A stretch of 64,000 nucleotides of DNA from Euprymna scolopes (taxonomy: Eukaryota). The stretch is from NCBI GenBank assembly GCA_053919585.1, contig CM132783.1; one strand, 5' to 3'. This document shows positions 12,561 through 25,089 of this stretch, in pieces (within the stretch, counting starts at the first letter, position 1; the number at the start of each line of letters is the position of its first letter). Both the position numbers and the translations under genes were made by a program. The notes beneath the pieces were generated by a model. The model ran no database searches. It was not told the DNA's origin and saw nothing but the letters and a program-made list of their open reading frames with translations.

Positions 12561-13898
12561 CAATTTTAAATGCCTGTAGAAAAAAGTATATATGTATATA
12601 TGTGTATGAGTATATATGTATATATATGCACATATATATGTATGTATATGTGTATATATGTATACATATAAATATGTGTGTTTTGAAGGCAAATTATATA
12701 TTTATTAAGCTTATCATTCATACCAATTGTGACCATTTCATGAAAAATTTATATTTTAAAATAGTATACAATTTTAAAATTCACCCATGAGTCAAGAAAC
12801 TATTTTAAATTTATTTTCTCGTTCACTTAAATAAATTTCTGTATATTTTTTATCATTAAAACTGAATATTGAAACTGAATAAAAATGTTTGCCACTTGTT
12901 TAAAAAAACGAATATAAAATAGACGTCATTCCGGTTTTTAATTGTGGGAAAACCTTAAAGATAATGACAGAAAATAAGAGTTGCTACGGTGTAGAAAAAC
13001 GTCATTTTCACAGACTAAAGATATAAAATAAAAAAAATCTAGAACAGCTACTACACTTTGACACCCAAATAGTATTTCCGTCATTAAAATAAATGAACTA
13101 AAGATTGCATGCAGATTATTGTTAAAGAAGAACATCACCGAAATAATTTTATTTTTTTAACATCCGTCACTATCCATTATTTTAATATATTTAGCAAAGT
13201 GTTTCTTTCTTTTTGTGGTTATTTATTTCTTTTTAATATGTGATACACAATTAATTGAGCATAATATTAAGCGTAGTTTATTATGATTCACGGTAAGTAT
13301 TTTGGCTTTTATTGGTATACGTATATACCTTTCTTGTGAGAGTCTTTCTTTTCTTTTGCAATGATAGCTTTTTAATGAGCAATTCCCGGATTTGCACATG
13401 CTCTAATTTAATGAACTTTCAGATAGTTGTATATTCATGCAGGAGTTCATGCAGAGAAACTTCGCAAATCAGTTACTAAAACTATGAGTAATTATGTCTG
13501 TTTTTCCCAAGCCACATATTAAAAACAATAAAGTGAACTTTACACAGTCAAAAGTTTCTGCTAAAACATTAAATATAAACGCAATATATAACGTACTTTA
13601 TATATTAAAAAAATCTACATTTGCAACATTCATTTACAACAACTTGTTTGCAACATTCGTCTACATAAATTTGTTTAGTAAATAAATTTACAATAAATAT
13701 TTTATTTTACTCGTTATAACATTCCTATATAACGAATCGTTTACAATAATCGCTTAACATTTTCTGATCTACTTGGCCTTCAGGCCGGGATCAAAAATCC
13801 CCCCATTTTGAGTTGGCCATGTGCCTGTTTTTTGTTCATCGTTGATTTTGACTGTATTTTTTAACATGAATAAAAGATTTAATATCTCAAAGTGTAGT

Positions 13899-14741
13899 AT
13901 CTGTTCCGGCAGATACTGCTAGCTATGACTAGCTATGACTATCTACCAGGCAACCCCACATGCCTGACCTTTAACCAGCTCCCATTTCCCACCTCTCGGG
14001 AGTTGGTCCCCTTTTCCCTTCACTCCTCACATTAAAAATCGGCCTTGTGCCTAATTTGCTCGGTGGGGGAGCAAATAAATACCATCTGTTCCGGCAGATA
14101 CTGCAAGCAAAGACCATATGTGGGGGCGACCCCACATATAAGACCTTGGTCAATGTAGGGGCAACCCTTCATACCAATTGTCACTATCCAGCTCCCCTCC
14201 TCCCCGGGGAGTTGGTCCCCATTTCCCCTTCACTCCTCACATTAAAAATCGGCCTTGTGCCTAATTTGCTCGGTGGGGGAGCAAATAAATACCATCTGTT
14301 CCGGCAGATGCTGCAAGCTATGACTAGCTATGACTAGCTATGACTAGCAAAGACCAGATGTGGGGGCAACCCCACATGCCTGACCTTTAACCAGCTTCCA
14401 TTTCCCACCTCTCGGGATCTGGTCCCCTTTTCCCCTTCCCCCTCCCTTCACTCCTCACATTAAAAATCGGCCTTGTGCCTAATTTGCTCGGTGGGGGAGC
14501 AAATAAATACCATCTGTTCCGGCAGATACTCCATGCAAAGACAATATGAGGGGGCGACCCCACATATAAGACCTTGGTCAGTGTAGGGGCAACCCTTCAT
14601 ACCAATTGTCACTATCCAGCTCCCTTACTCCCCGGGGAGTTGGTCCCCATTTCCCCTTAACTCCTCACATTAAAAATCGGCCTTGTGCCTAATTTTCTCG
14701 GTGGGGGAGCAAATAAATACTATCTGTTCTTCAGATGCTGC
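13899..14741 (+). repeat. Higher-order tandem array, about 210-218 bp monomers alternating A/B, hairpin rich
   Basis: Conserved core actcctcacattaaaaatcggcc..ccggcagat at 14021, 14231, 14449 and 14659. Confidence 0.9.
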
Positions 14742-15842
14742 ACTTCCATTTCTTGTTCTTTTTCGGTGGAGGAGAAATCCTTCACGACCGAGACAATTTT
14801 TATTTTTGTACCTTTTCTTCACGTTAAAAAACGACCCTGGTGTCTAACTCTGTCCCGTGGGAAGGCATAGTAAATAGGTACAACAATCGCTTAATAAATT
14901 CATCTAGGCTGAATCATTTACAATAAGTCTGTATAAGTTATTCCTGCACGAATATTCTCTACAATTAATCTTCAGGCAAATTTTTTTGGAGCATTCTACA
15001 TCGAATATTTTATAATATGGATTAATATCCGACAAAGTATGAATCAAAAAAAAAAAGATTCTTCTGATCAGATGCGGATCTTCCGAGGTTCAAGACCAAA
15101 ATAAAAGTTTTGAGTCAGTACCATGGATAGTAACCCTGTGATTTTTTTTAAAACTTGACCTGAGAAATAGAATCTTGCAAACAGTTTGATAATAAGTATT
15201 CACTCGTTTCCCTTCACATAAAGGGGTTGATACGCAGTAAAATAGATAATCCTGTCACTCAATTTTAACTGAGCTTTAAAATATGCCTTGAAACACGATC
15301 TATTTTAAAATGTGAATGGAATTTCAAAAGAAAGAAAAAGAAATTGTCTACTTATGTTGAAGTACACATATGATTTTTGTAGCTTAGGCCGACACACCTC
15401 CTTATCAGTGCGCGTGAGTGGTTACAAGGGTAGCGGGTGTGAGTGGTGGTGGCGATAGAGGAGGGATATAGAAATGGGTTTGTCCATTCTCTGCAGTCTC
15501 TGCAAAAACATCTCATCAGGAGGAGCTACTTTTTTCAGCTCTCAGAACATTAAGGTAAGTCCAATTCTAATAAGATCTCCCATACAACACTAAAGAATTT
15601 CATGTCCGAATATAGAAAACAGATTATAATCCACGTCTTTTTAACAACTTTCTCTCCCTTTTTCTTTTTCAATTTTGTTCTTACTCTTTCTCTCTCCCTC
15701 TCTTTCTCTCTCTCTTTCTCTCTCTTTCATGTATATATACTTGTATATATACATGCACTCCGCAATATACGCATTAATATTATATTTAATGCAGATTACT
15801 TATTTTTCGATTTATGAGTCGTCTATTGATTATTATCTAATA

Positions 15843-16690
15843 CTAGCTGTACCCGGCCACGCGTTGCTGTGGCTCAGTTTGTTAAAATGGAACACATTCC
15901 TCAAGAAAAAATGCATTTTGTATTATTTATTTATTTTTATTATATTTTGCATTTTTTTATCAAGAAAAGTTGGGGGGTTTTCCACAAAAAAGATTAATAT
16001 TTTACCATAAATTGTTAGGTGAAAGATTTTTTTTCAGGAAAACTTGCACTTTTTTTAAAAAGAAAGTTGGCATTAAACGTTTCTTTTTGAAAACGAATGT
16101 TTTATTATAAAGAGAAAAGACCAATGTTTTATATGAACACCGTAAATAGTTAGGTGAAAGTAGAGAAATGTTTGATTTTTTTTCAAGAGAATGTACAAAT
16201 TATTTTTTTGTCAGCAGATGTTAAGAAAATAAACAGAAAAAATGCTCCCATCATTAATTTATTATGCAAAAATATAAATAAAATGTTTATTTAGTGTTTC
16301 AACATTTGAACAACGCTCGGTTGAATCCGGTGATTGCCGATCGAACCCTAACCATAATTGGAATCCGGGGAGCGGGTCAAAGTCTGCATTCTATTTAATT
16401 TCGTCTTTTGTTCAACTTTTTGAGTGGGCTACCAGCGATCGCAAACTAACAAATTTAACAAAAATGCAAGTTCAACAATTAAATAATAAAAAAGGTGCTC
16501 AGCTTCTAATACAAATCCTAGTAAATCAACCCCCCTTATTGGAAACACTCAAGGGAAGGACGAAACCAAATTACTGCCAGTATGTTTGGGAGAGGTTCTA
16601 TATTTTCCTTTTTTTTTCAATATTTTAAGCAGATTTGACATTCAGCTACCAAATTTTTATGGGTCGCTCGATTTTTAATATAATATAAGT
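15843..16690 (-). mobile_element. Non-autonomous Helitron-like element
   Basis: Minus-strand 3' end gccacagcaacgcgtggccgggtacagCTAG|T; 5' boundary approximate. Confidence 0.6.
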
Positions 16691-16719
16691 AGTTCTAGAT
16701 GCTTATAACTTACGATAAA

Positions 16720-17300
16720 ACGTGCTGAGTATGCGCTGTTCTACGATTGTTGTAAAAAAGTGAACGGACACTTAAATTTCGCTCCGTTTTAATTTTTTCT
16801 ATTGTGCCCCCCCCAAAAAAAAATAAACGGATATAATCAAAAGAATAACATTCAACAATTGTACTTTATATATATAAAACACAAAATATTTTTTTAAAAA
16901 AGTTATTAATGAAAGGGAAATAATTCCAGTTTTAAACGAAAAAATCAGTTTGGTATATCTTTGTGTTATTTTTTACATAAGCCCAACATACCGTTCACAT
17001 TGGAAATGTCGACATTTATAGGTTGTCGGATACATTTACAACGAATAAATACTCCAATCTACCCATCTTAAGAACGGTTCTTGGAATAGACACCTCCAAC
17101 CTTCCCATGTTAAGAACGGCTTTCGGAATAGACACTCTTAACCGTGTCAGCATTCCCGAAAACCTATAAAACTTGACATGTCGAATGTGAACGATGAGTT
17201 GGACGTAATGTAAAAATGTACCGAATTTAAAAGGGAACGAAATTTAAATTTCCGTTCTATTTTTACAATAACCATAACGCAGAGCATTATATGCAAATTT
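16720..17300. mobile_element. Diverged MITE-like foldback element with central direct repeat
   Basis: Inverted arms about 16730-16795/17224-17290 and 16970-17024/17160-17217; central repeat of about 41 bp ttaagaacgg..ggaatagacac twice. Confidence 0.65.
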
Positions 17301-18234
17301 TACCTAACTTAGTGTATTAATGTTATTATTTTAAGTAAAAATAATATTTAGGTTTGGATATAAATTTCTAAACTCATTTCACACTAAATAATTTAGATGA
17401 CTGAAATAGGAATCTAATTGAATCTTTAACTGATTAGTAAAAGGATGACACACAATAGTCGATTTGCATCCCCATACCCAACCCCATCCATATAATTCTA
17501 TTGCAAATGTTTGTAAAAATTTTACCATTTTTTAATTCAATTAGTTTTCTATGTTCCTGTTTTTAATTTTTTTTTCAATTACTGGGCAATATTATATAAA
17601 AATTATGTTACGCCGAATGTTTCACATTCTTGCGATCAAGGAAATTATTAAACTCTTGCATATAAAAATTCTGCGAAATCTGTAATTTAAAAAAAAGTAG
17701 AAATATTTTTGCAGTTATAATTTTTTTTGTAAAAATATAAAATAAACAATGCTTAATTCAATGATAATATCGGTAGTTCTTCGAGTTATATCGAATTCAT
17801 TAATTTGGATTTTAGGGGCTTTTTACGTTAGGTTCCTGTAAAATGTTTTCTTTTTATTATTGTTACAAATTACGATGCTTTATTTATATAAAAAAAGCAA
17901 AAATAAATTCTTGCGTTTTTTTATTTACTACTGAAAACCTTAACTTTAGTAAATGTATGTTTTGCTTAAACAAAATAACAGATTGTCACTAAGATTTAAA
18001 TAAAACAATAATTCCGCGTGGCTAATTTCCTGATTTTTGGTGAATTTTTAAGTAAAGGGAGGGTCAAAATGTTGAATCACGTATAGTAGCTGTTGTGATA
18101 CTACCGATAGGAAATGGCGACCGGTGAAATATTGTTATATAAAATATGACACCGATTTTATATCTTCTTCTAAAGAAACCGTCCATTACAAACCAACCGA
18201 GAGGGAGGGGGTATTTGTATGTTATATATTACTT

Positions 18235-18580
18235 TAATAGTGAATGCTCTGACGAACTGCAAACACTTGTACCTCCCCGACGTAACTACCCCCGACAAAC
18301 CTGACAAGCTACTAAGTTTCATCCCTTTACAGTAGAGATCCCTATGTGCAAGAAAGCCTTTTACTCCAATAGTTTCTTCCCCATAACTGCAGGTCTTTGG
18401 AACTCCCTTCCGGAATTCTGCTTTCCCAACTGCACTGATATGAAGAAGTTCAAGTGTAATGTGAACAAACATCTTTCTACTCTTCTCCCTTCATAATGAC
18501 CCCGCTAATTAAGTCCCTGATAGTAACCCCCTGCTTCAAAGTGGCACTGTGCCTTGTTTAGGGTGAAAATTGAATTAAAA
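18235..18580 (+). mobile_element. CR1 family B 3' end
   Basis: CSDELQTLVPP..HPFTVEIPMCKKAFYSNSFFPITAGLWNSL, then 3' UTR and A-rich tail. Confidence 0.85.
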
Positions 18581-19304
18581 TAAAATATATGCAAAATTTA
18601 TTCAAAATTAATTTCATTCCACTCACAATTTGCTTTCTTAAATACAAGGTTTGCTTACGATTTCATTGTCCAAATGTTTTGCGACTCATCAACTGGTCGC
18701 TTTTAGATAAGTTCACATTTTTGATGTCATGCGTACTTCACTACCGACATTGCATTCAACTTCTATTTCAACTGACCGGATTGTATTCGATGAGAAACAT
18801 TTTTGTTGTAGATTTAACTACAGATCAAACATTAAAAACAAAAAGTAAAAACAGATTTTAGATGTCATTAATCAGTCGAAAATTGTAAGATTTAACCGAT
18901 CTGTATATTTATTGGCTCTTTTTTGTTTAATTTTCGAGTTTTTAGATTTTTTAATCTGCAACATCAAGGTTTCACACTTAGTAAAATTCGGCATCGTCTT
19001 AATAAGTCTGGTTTACAAAGCGCCGTTGTAAAAAAAAAAGTAAAAGTCGGTTTTAAATAATTTTGAACACAAAAAATAAGAAGATAAGTAGGAAGTAAAT
19101 TTTACTGCCTTTTGTAACAGGTATGTTTTGACTATTTGTTACCGTTTATTTTTCTGGATTTAAAAAATTTCTTGACAATCGTTATTATTTTAAACACATA
19201 TTTTTAGCGTGAAATATATCGTAATAAGTGCGACTGAATAAATACATTATTTTTATTATTTGCAATGAATTTTTCATTTTATGAATCACAATTTATTTAT
19301 TTAT

Positions 19305-19437
19305 TTTTGTACATGGGGGTCACCACTTATCAAGGCCCGAAGGCCACTTAGGGATAAGGGTTATTGCGTGTACCGTAATCAATGAGATAGTATTGTAGTA
19401 ATAATTAGTATTAGGGGTTTTGATAGAGTATCTTACT
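19305..19437 (-). mobile_element. CR1 family A 3' UTR-only insertion
   Basis: acatgggggtcaccacttatcaaggccc.. matches the other family A ends. Confidence 0.85.
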
Positions 19438-19449
19438 TTATTACAATGC

Positions 19450-19957
19450 TAGCGGACTAGTGGACTTGCCGGGCCATAAAATACGCTTAAATATATTTTA
19501 CTTCAGACAGATTTCGTATTTATTATTATAGAACCAATTCTCTATTGATTATTATATTGTACTCTACACATAGTACTTATTTCAAAATGAAAAATAAAAT
19601 CACTTTGATGCCATCAGCTAGAATCGAAACCAAATATAAGCGCTCAAGCTGCCTTCCCTACAGATGGAGCGATCGACACATATAAAGAAGGTTTAATATT
19701 AAACGACTAGGAAACGAGACTGAATTGAATTTGGACAAGTGCAGAAAGAACGAAGTTGAAATGAACATTTTTGCAATTCAATTTGCCGATATCTGTACGC
19801 GTCATTTATCCACCCAAACAAAGATTTTGCCCATTATAAACTTTCCTTGGTGTATGATTAGTTTTCTGTTAATTTAAGTGTTATGTTACCAGTAATTTAA
19901 GAGTTTATCGGTTAAATATTTACACATACATACATTTACTGCTTTATTTATATAAAT
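19450..19957 (-). mobile_element. Non-autonomous Helitron-like element (related segments at 29040-29441 and 31400-31575)
   Basis: CTAG end with decayed cccggc hairpin; shared gccatcagctagaatcgaaac and atacgcttaaata segments. Confidence 0.55.
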
Positions 19958-20107
19958 ATGTAAAACTTAAACCTAATTAATCAAAATAATACAAGCCATC
20001 CGTCCAGCGCGATCGCAGCCGAGATTGAACTCACTACATGAGTCGGTAGTATAATTCAAATCTTGTCGGTAGCTGAATACTTTATGCTTCGCCAGGGCTA
20101 TCAAGGG

Positions 20108-20345
20108 TATTTTTTATTGTGACGCTATCACTAGACGGCTTGCCTACCACGGCTTAAGAGAGTCCCATCTACCCTCAAGAAAAGGATAGACCGCGCCAGT
20201 GTCTCAACCTGGTATTTTACCTTACGGTACATACAACGCCTTACCATTCCAAAATGGTCGCCCATCTGGTACTGGCCAGGTTCAACGTTGCTTAACTTCG
20301 GTGATCTGACGAGAATTGGTGTGTCAACGTGATTATGCCGTTTTG
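20108..20345 (-). mobile_element. 5S rRNA-derived SINE3-like copy or 5S pseudogene with unrelated tail
   Basis: 20345-20228 reads cggcataatcacgttgacacaccaattctcgtcagatcaccgaagttaagcaacg..agtaccagatgggcgacc, clearly 5S-like; about 120 nt body ending aataaaaaa. Confidence 0.75.
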
Positions 20346-20979
20346 AGTAATACAAACTACATCTAAAATTGCTAATGTAGTTTATCACTTGAACTATTCG
20401 TCAGAAAACGCTTTTGAAATCACTTTAAATCCGTTAATAATTACATTGCACAATCATTAGCCTGTCCCACTAACCGTTTTGTATAAAATGATGTCATCCG
20501 GTAATATTTTAACTTATATAAAACATTATTATCGTAAATTAAGTACATTCTAGTAAACAGCTGTACGAGTGTTCATTGAAGATATAAAAATATGTATAAA
20601 AAATTCAAATGTAGTTTTCTATCCTTAATTATAAATGATTCTATCCTTAATTATAAATGATAAAAGACCACTCTTAACAGCAGCTCAATTCAACATGGAC
20701 GCAACATCTTTTCGATATAACCAGATTACATGGTTTACAGATGTATGAATGGTAGAGTCAGCATTCCAGTGATTTATTTAAGTAATTATAACAAGTGATC
20801 GTAAATTGCTTTCTATATCGAATATATTTAAAACTTTCCTCTTCTACGCATGCGCATTTTCGAAGAGTATTCATATCACCCGCTGCTCTCTCCCTCTCTC
20901 CGTACACACACACACAAACACACACACACACACACACGCACACACACATACACACACACACACACATATATATATATGT

Positions 20980-21185
20980 GTGTGTCAATGGCCTATTGAT
21001 GCGTCAAGTGCTTGTCACCTTCCTCTTCCAGTCCCTACCGCTGGCTAGCCTATGCAAAAAGGAAGCAGAGTGCGTAAGTCTTCCCTGCCAGTACGTAGCC
21101 TCTCCATAGGAAAGCTCCATGTAGTGCCTCCCCGTGGCGACACATGTAAATTAAGTACCTTGCGGACTCAAGCAGAACTACAGGA
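20980..21185 (+). ncRNA. HDV-like ribozyme at RTE 5' end
   Basis: P1 gtgtgtc(20980-86)/gacacat(21139-45); P2 tgtagt/actaca; P3 gcc/ggc with L3 tccccgt; P4 cttg/caag; J4/2 C21173-aga. Confidence 0.7.
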
Positions 21186-21788
21186 GACTCGGAGGTGGTC
21201 TGCCCCCAGACATGCGGCATGCTAGGCCCATCGTTGTATGGACAAGCCCTGATGCCCATGAACAGGCCCCCAGCTATGGGTAAATAGTACCACTCCCTTG
21301 TGGTTATTCGTTGGTTCGATAAAGGCTAAGGGAGTAAACCCTAACAGAAAATCTGGAGTGTAGCCCCACAGGCAGACAAGTTCTGTACTCAGCCTTGTTC
21401 TGGTAGCTACTGCAGTCAACCTGGTGCCGGACGTACTGGTACTTCCATTCCTCTGGGCAACACCAGCAAGACCGAGAGGGGGATTCTGACGATTGGGCAA
21501 CCCAGTCTCTCCACAAATCTGCCCTGGCCAGCGCCCTGGAGAGAAAACTTCAGCTATGCATCTGTATAGGACTAAACAGGGGAGCGACAGTCACTCGTTA
21601 TAAGCCTACAGCTCAATTGGCGTACAGCTGGGCGCCAGGGGTCGGTCCTAACGGTGGGAGTAGTTATTTAATTTCATTGGACAGCTACCGCCCGCCACAA
21701 AGCTGAGCAGCCCTCAGTCAGTAAGGTGCTATCCCGCCACTGGCCACCTACCCTACTGGGTGCGTAGGGTATAGGATGATTCCAACAA

Positions 21789-24700
21789 GTGGCCAGTAAC
21801 CATTGTACCAAACAAAACCAAAAGAAACAAAAAGAACCCAACACTCAGGCTAGGGTGCTGGAATGTTCGTACTATGACGATTGGCCTATCTACCGACATC
21901 TCCGATATTCGAAAAACTGCCATCATCAACAACGAGCTATCGAGACTCAAAGTAGACATTGCTGCACTCCAAGAAACACGCTTAGCTGACACCGGATGCC
22001 TAAAGGAATCGGACTATACCTTCTTCTGGCAAGGAAAACAGGAAGAGGAGGTCCGGGAACAGTGTGTTGGTTTCGCAGTCAGAAACTCACTGCTTCATAA
22101 CATACAACTCTCTGATTCAGCTACTGAGCGCCTAATCTCACTACGACTGAACACCACAGATGGAACAATTAATCTATTATGTGTGTACGCCCCAACACTC
22201 GCAGCGCCTGACGAAATCAAGGAGCACTTCTACACACAGCTGGATAGCACCATCAAGGCATTTCCATAAAATGAAGACCTGATTATACTTGGGGACTTTA
22301 ATGCACGTGTTGGTGGCAACAGCGATGCATGACCAGCTGCCTTGGTAACTTTGGAGTGGGCAAATGCAATGGTAACGGCCAGCGCCTTCTAGAACTCTGT
22401 GCCTACCATGACCTCTGCATTACCAACACATTCTTTGCTGCCAGACCGCATCACAGAGTGTCCTGGACACATCCCAGATCAGGGCGTTGGCACCAGCTCG
22501 ATCTAATCATTACTAGACAAAGGTACCTAAAACATTTTCTGATGTCTAGAGCCTTCCACAGTTCTGATTGTGATACAGATCATTCCCTAATATGCAGTAG
22601 AGTCGAACTTCAACCCAAAGATTTCTACCACACTAAACAGGAAGGTGTTGCCCGTATTGATGTTAGCAAAACCACATACTCAGATCGCAATGCGAAATTC
22701 AACGAGATGTTAACCCCCACCTTCAAAGGAGACAACACCCGGACTGCATCTGAACAGTGGGAAACACTGAAAAATGCCATCCACTTTACAGCTCTCAAAT
22801 CTTTGGGAGGAGGACAGGTAGCAAACACAATGACTGGTATGATTCCAACTCTGCTACCCTCAACCCTCTGATTGAGGCAAAGCGTTTGTCCTTGCTCTCA
22901 TACAAGGCCAACCCATCTCCTACATCGCTGGCTGCACTGAGGCTTTCCAAAAGGGCAGTTCAAAAGGCTGTAAGAGAAGCTGCAAACAACTACTGGATGG
23001 AGCTCTCCAAGTCTATCCAGCATGCAGCTGATACAGGAAATATAAAAAATATGTATAACGGGATCAGGAGAGCTACAGGACCCATAATTAACAAAACTGC
23101 TTCACTGAAGTCTAAATCGGGTGAACCCATACTAGACAAAGTTAAATAGCTAGACAGATGGGTTGAACACTACTCCGAGCTTTACTCCAGGGAAAACATG
23201 GTACATCAGTCCGCTCTGGATGCCATTGATCGTCTACCGCTGATACATGAGCTCGATGAGGAGCCTTCCATAGAAGAACTATCCTGGGCAATAGATAGAC
23301 TGCCATCAGGAAAAGCCTCAGGAAGACTATATTCCAGCAGAGGTCTTAAAAATTGGAAAGGCTAGCCTGCTTGAGCCCCTCCATAGTCTTCTGATACAGT
23401 GTTGGAGAGAAGGCTCAGTGCCTCAGGGCATGAGAGACGCAAATATCTCTCTACAAACACAAAGAGGACCGCGGTGACTGCAACAACTACCGCGGTATCT
23501 CACTGTTGAGCTTCGTTGGCAAGCTATTCGCACGTATAGTATCACTGCGACTACACGTTCTTGCCGGCCGAATCTACCCAGAATCTCAATGCGGCTTTCG
23601 TTCAGAGAGATCAACAATCGATATGATCTTCTCTCTACGCCAATTGCAAGAGAAGTGCAGAGAGCAAAACCAGCCTCTGTATGTTGCCTTCATAGACCTG
23701 ACCAAGGCATTCGATCTCGTGAGCAGAGATGGACTATTCAAAATTCTCCCACTGATCGGATGCCCACCAAAACTCCTCAACATCATAAGATCCTTTCATG
23801 ATGGCATGAGGAGCACTGTGCAATTTAACGGTGGCATGTCTGCTGAGTTCGGGGTGAGAAGTGGTGTCAAACAGGGTTGTGTGTTGGCCCCAACACTCTT
23901 CGGCATCTTCTTCTCCCTACTCCTGAAGCATGCTTTCAAGAACACAACGGATGGTATCTGCTTGCACTCCAGGTCAGATGGTGGTCTCTTCAACATCGCC
24001 AGACTCCGCTTCAGGACAAAGAACAGGACAGTTCGAATAAGAGACATGCCGTTTGCAGATGATGCAGCTATAGCATCGCATCAGGAAGATGGTCTTCAAA
24101 GACTGATGGACAGGTTTGCTAATGCTTGCAGCCTGTTCGGTCTCACCATTAGCCAGAAGAAAACCCAAGTCATGGGACAAGCAACCGCCTCCCCACACAG
24201 CATCACAATCCAAGGCACACCACTAGAGGTTATACGTCAGTTTCAATATCTAGGTTCCACTGCTTCAGACACCCTCTCATTGGACGTGGAGCTAAACAAA
24301 AGGATTGGAAAGGCATCCACAACCCTCTCTAAACTAACTAAAAGAGTCTGGGAAAACAGGCACCTTACCACTTCCATCAAGATGACCGTCTACAGAGCGT
24401 GCATCCTCAGTGTTCTACTGTATGGGAGTGAATCCTGGACTACATATTCAACACAAGAGAGGAAACTCCAGGTCTTCCATATGAGGTGTATACGAAGGAT
24501 ACTTGGTATCACATGGCAGGACAGAGTGAGTAATACTGATGTTCTGCAGAGAGCGGGCATCCCATCCATTTAATCCCTACTGCGTGAGCAACATCTTCGC
24601 TGGCTGCGCCATGTGCACAGGATGGACGATGGGCGCATCCCTAAAGACCTTCTCTATGGCGAGCTTGCCTCAGTTTCAAGAAAGAGGGGGCGACCTCATC

Positions 24701-25011
24701 TTCCAAACAGGGATGTCTGCAAGTGTGACATGAAGGCTTTCTCGGTGGACAGGAATACATGGGAAGCCTCTGCAGCTGACAGAACTGCCTGGAGGAAAAT
24801 GATACGCCAGGGGATTATCATCAGCGAGAGGACCCTCCATGTTGAAAACGCTGCAAGGAGAGCTAGGCGAAGAGCGAGTGTACAGGCGGAACAGCCGGAC
24901 GAAGCGGCAAATTGCATAACAACCTTCGTATGTCAAGACTGTGGCAGACTATGCAAATCAAGAATTGGTCTCTACAGTCACACAAAAGGGTGCATACAGG
25001 CAACATCTTAA
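21789..25011 (+). pseudogene. RTE ORF: AP endonuclease, reverse transcriptase, C-terminal zinc finger; several stops and frameshifts
   Basis: CWNVRT, IAALQETR, LGDFNARVG, DCDTDH, FIDLTKAFD, GVKQGCVLAP, FADD, CQDCGRLCKSRIGLYSH; stops at 22267, 22330, 23147, 24571. Confidence 0.95.
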
Positions 25012-25089
25012 TACGGCGCTGATCCATAGTCGTTTCGACTGACGGATGCCACACACACCCACACATATATATACATATATATATATATA

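Larger units (their letters stand above)
20980..25048 (+). mobile_element. Near full-length RTE-clade non-LTR retrotransposon inserted in (CA)n(TA)n tract
   Basis: About 800 nt 5' UTR, single APE-RT ORF, short 3' UTR ccatagtcgtttcgactgacggatgcc, microsatellite on both sides. Confidence 0.93.

Noticed and set aside
13899-14741. CRISPR array or HDV/twister/pistol ribozyme
   Set aside because: Repeats are too long, spacers recur, there are no cas genes and the context is eukaryotic; an HDV-like fold lacks P1.1 Gs and P4; twister and pistol conserved nucleotides are absent
15360-15525. Minus-strand CTGATAA and CTGATGA as hammerhead cores
   Set aside because: No correctly placed GAAA and no convincing stems I/III
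15530-15560. 16-nt micro-exon (ttttcag..aag|gtaagt)
   Set aside because: Such motifs are expected by chance in AT-rich DNA; no partner exons identified
20228-20345. Functional 5S rRNA gene
   Set aside because: Terminal helix disrupted, several substitutions, no oligo-T terminator, not in a tandem array
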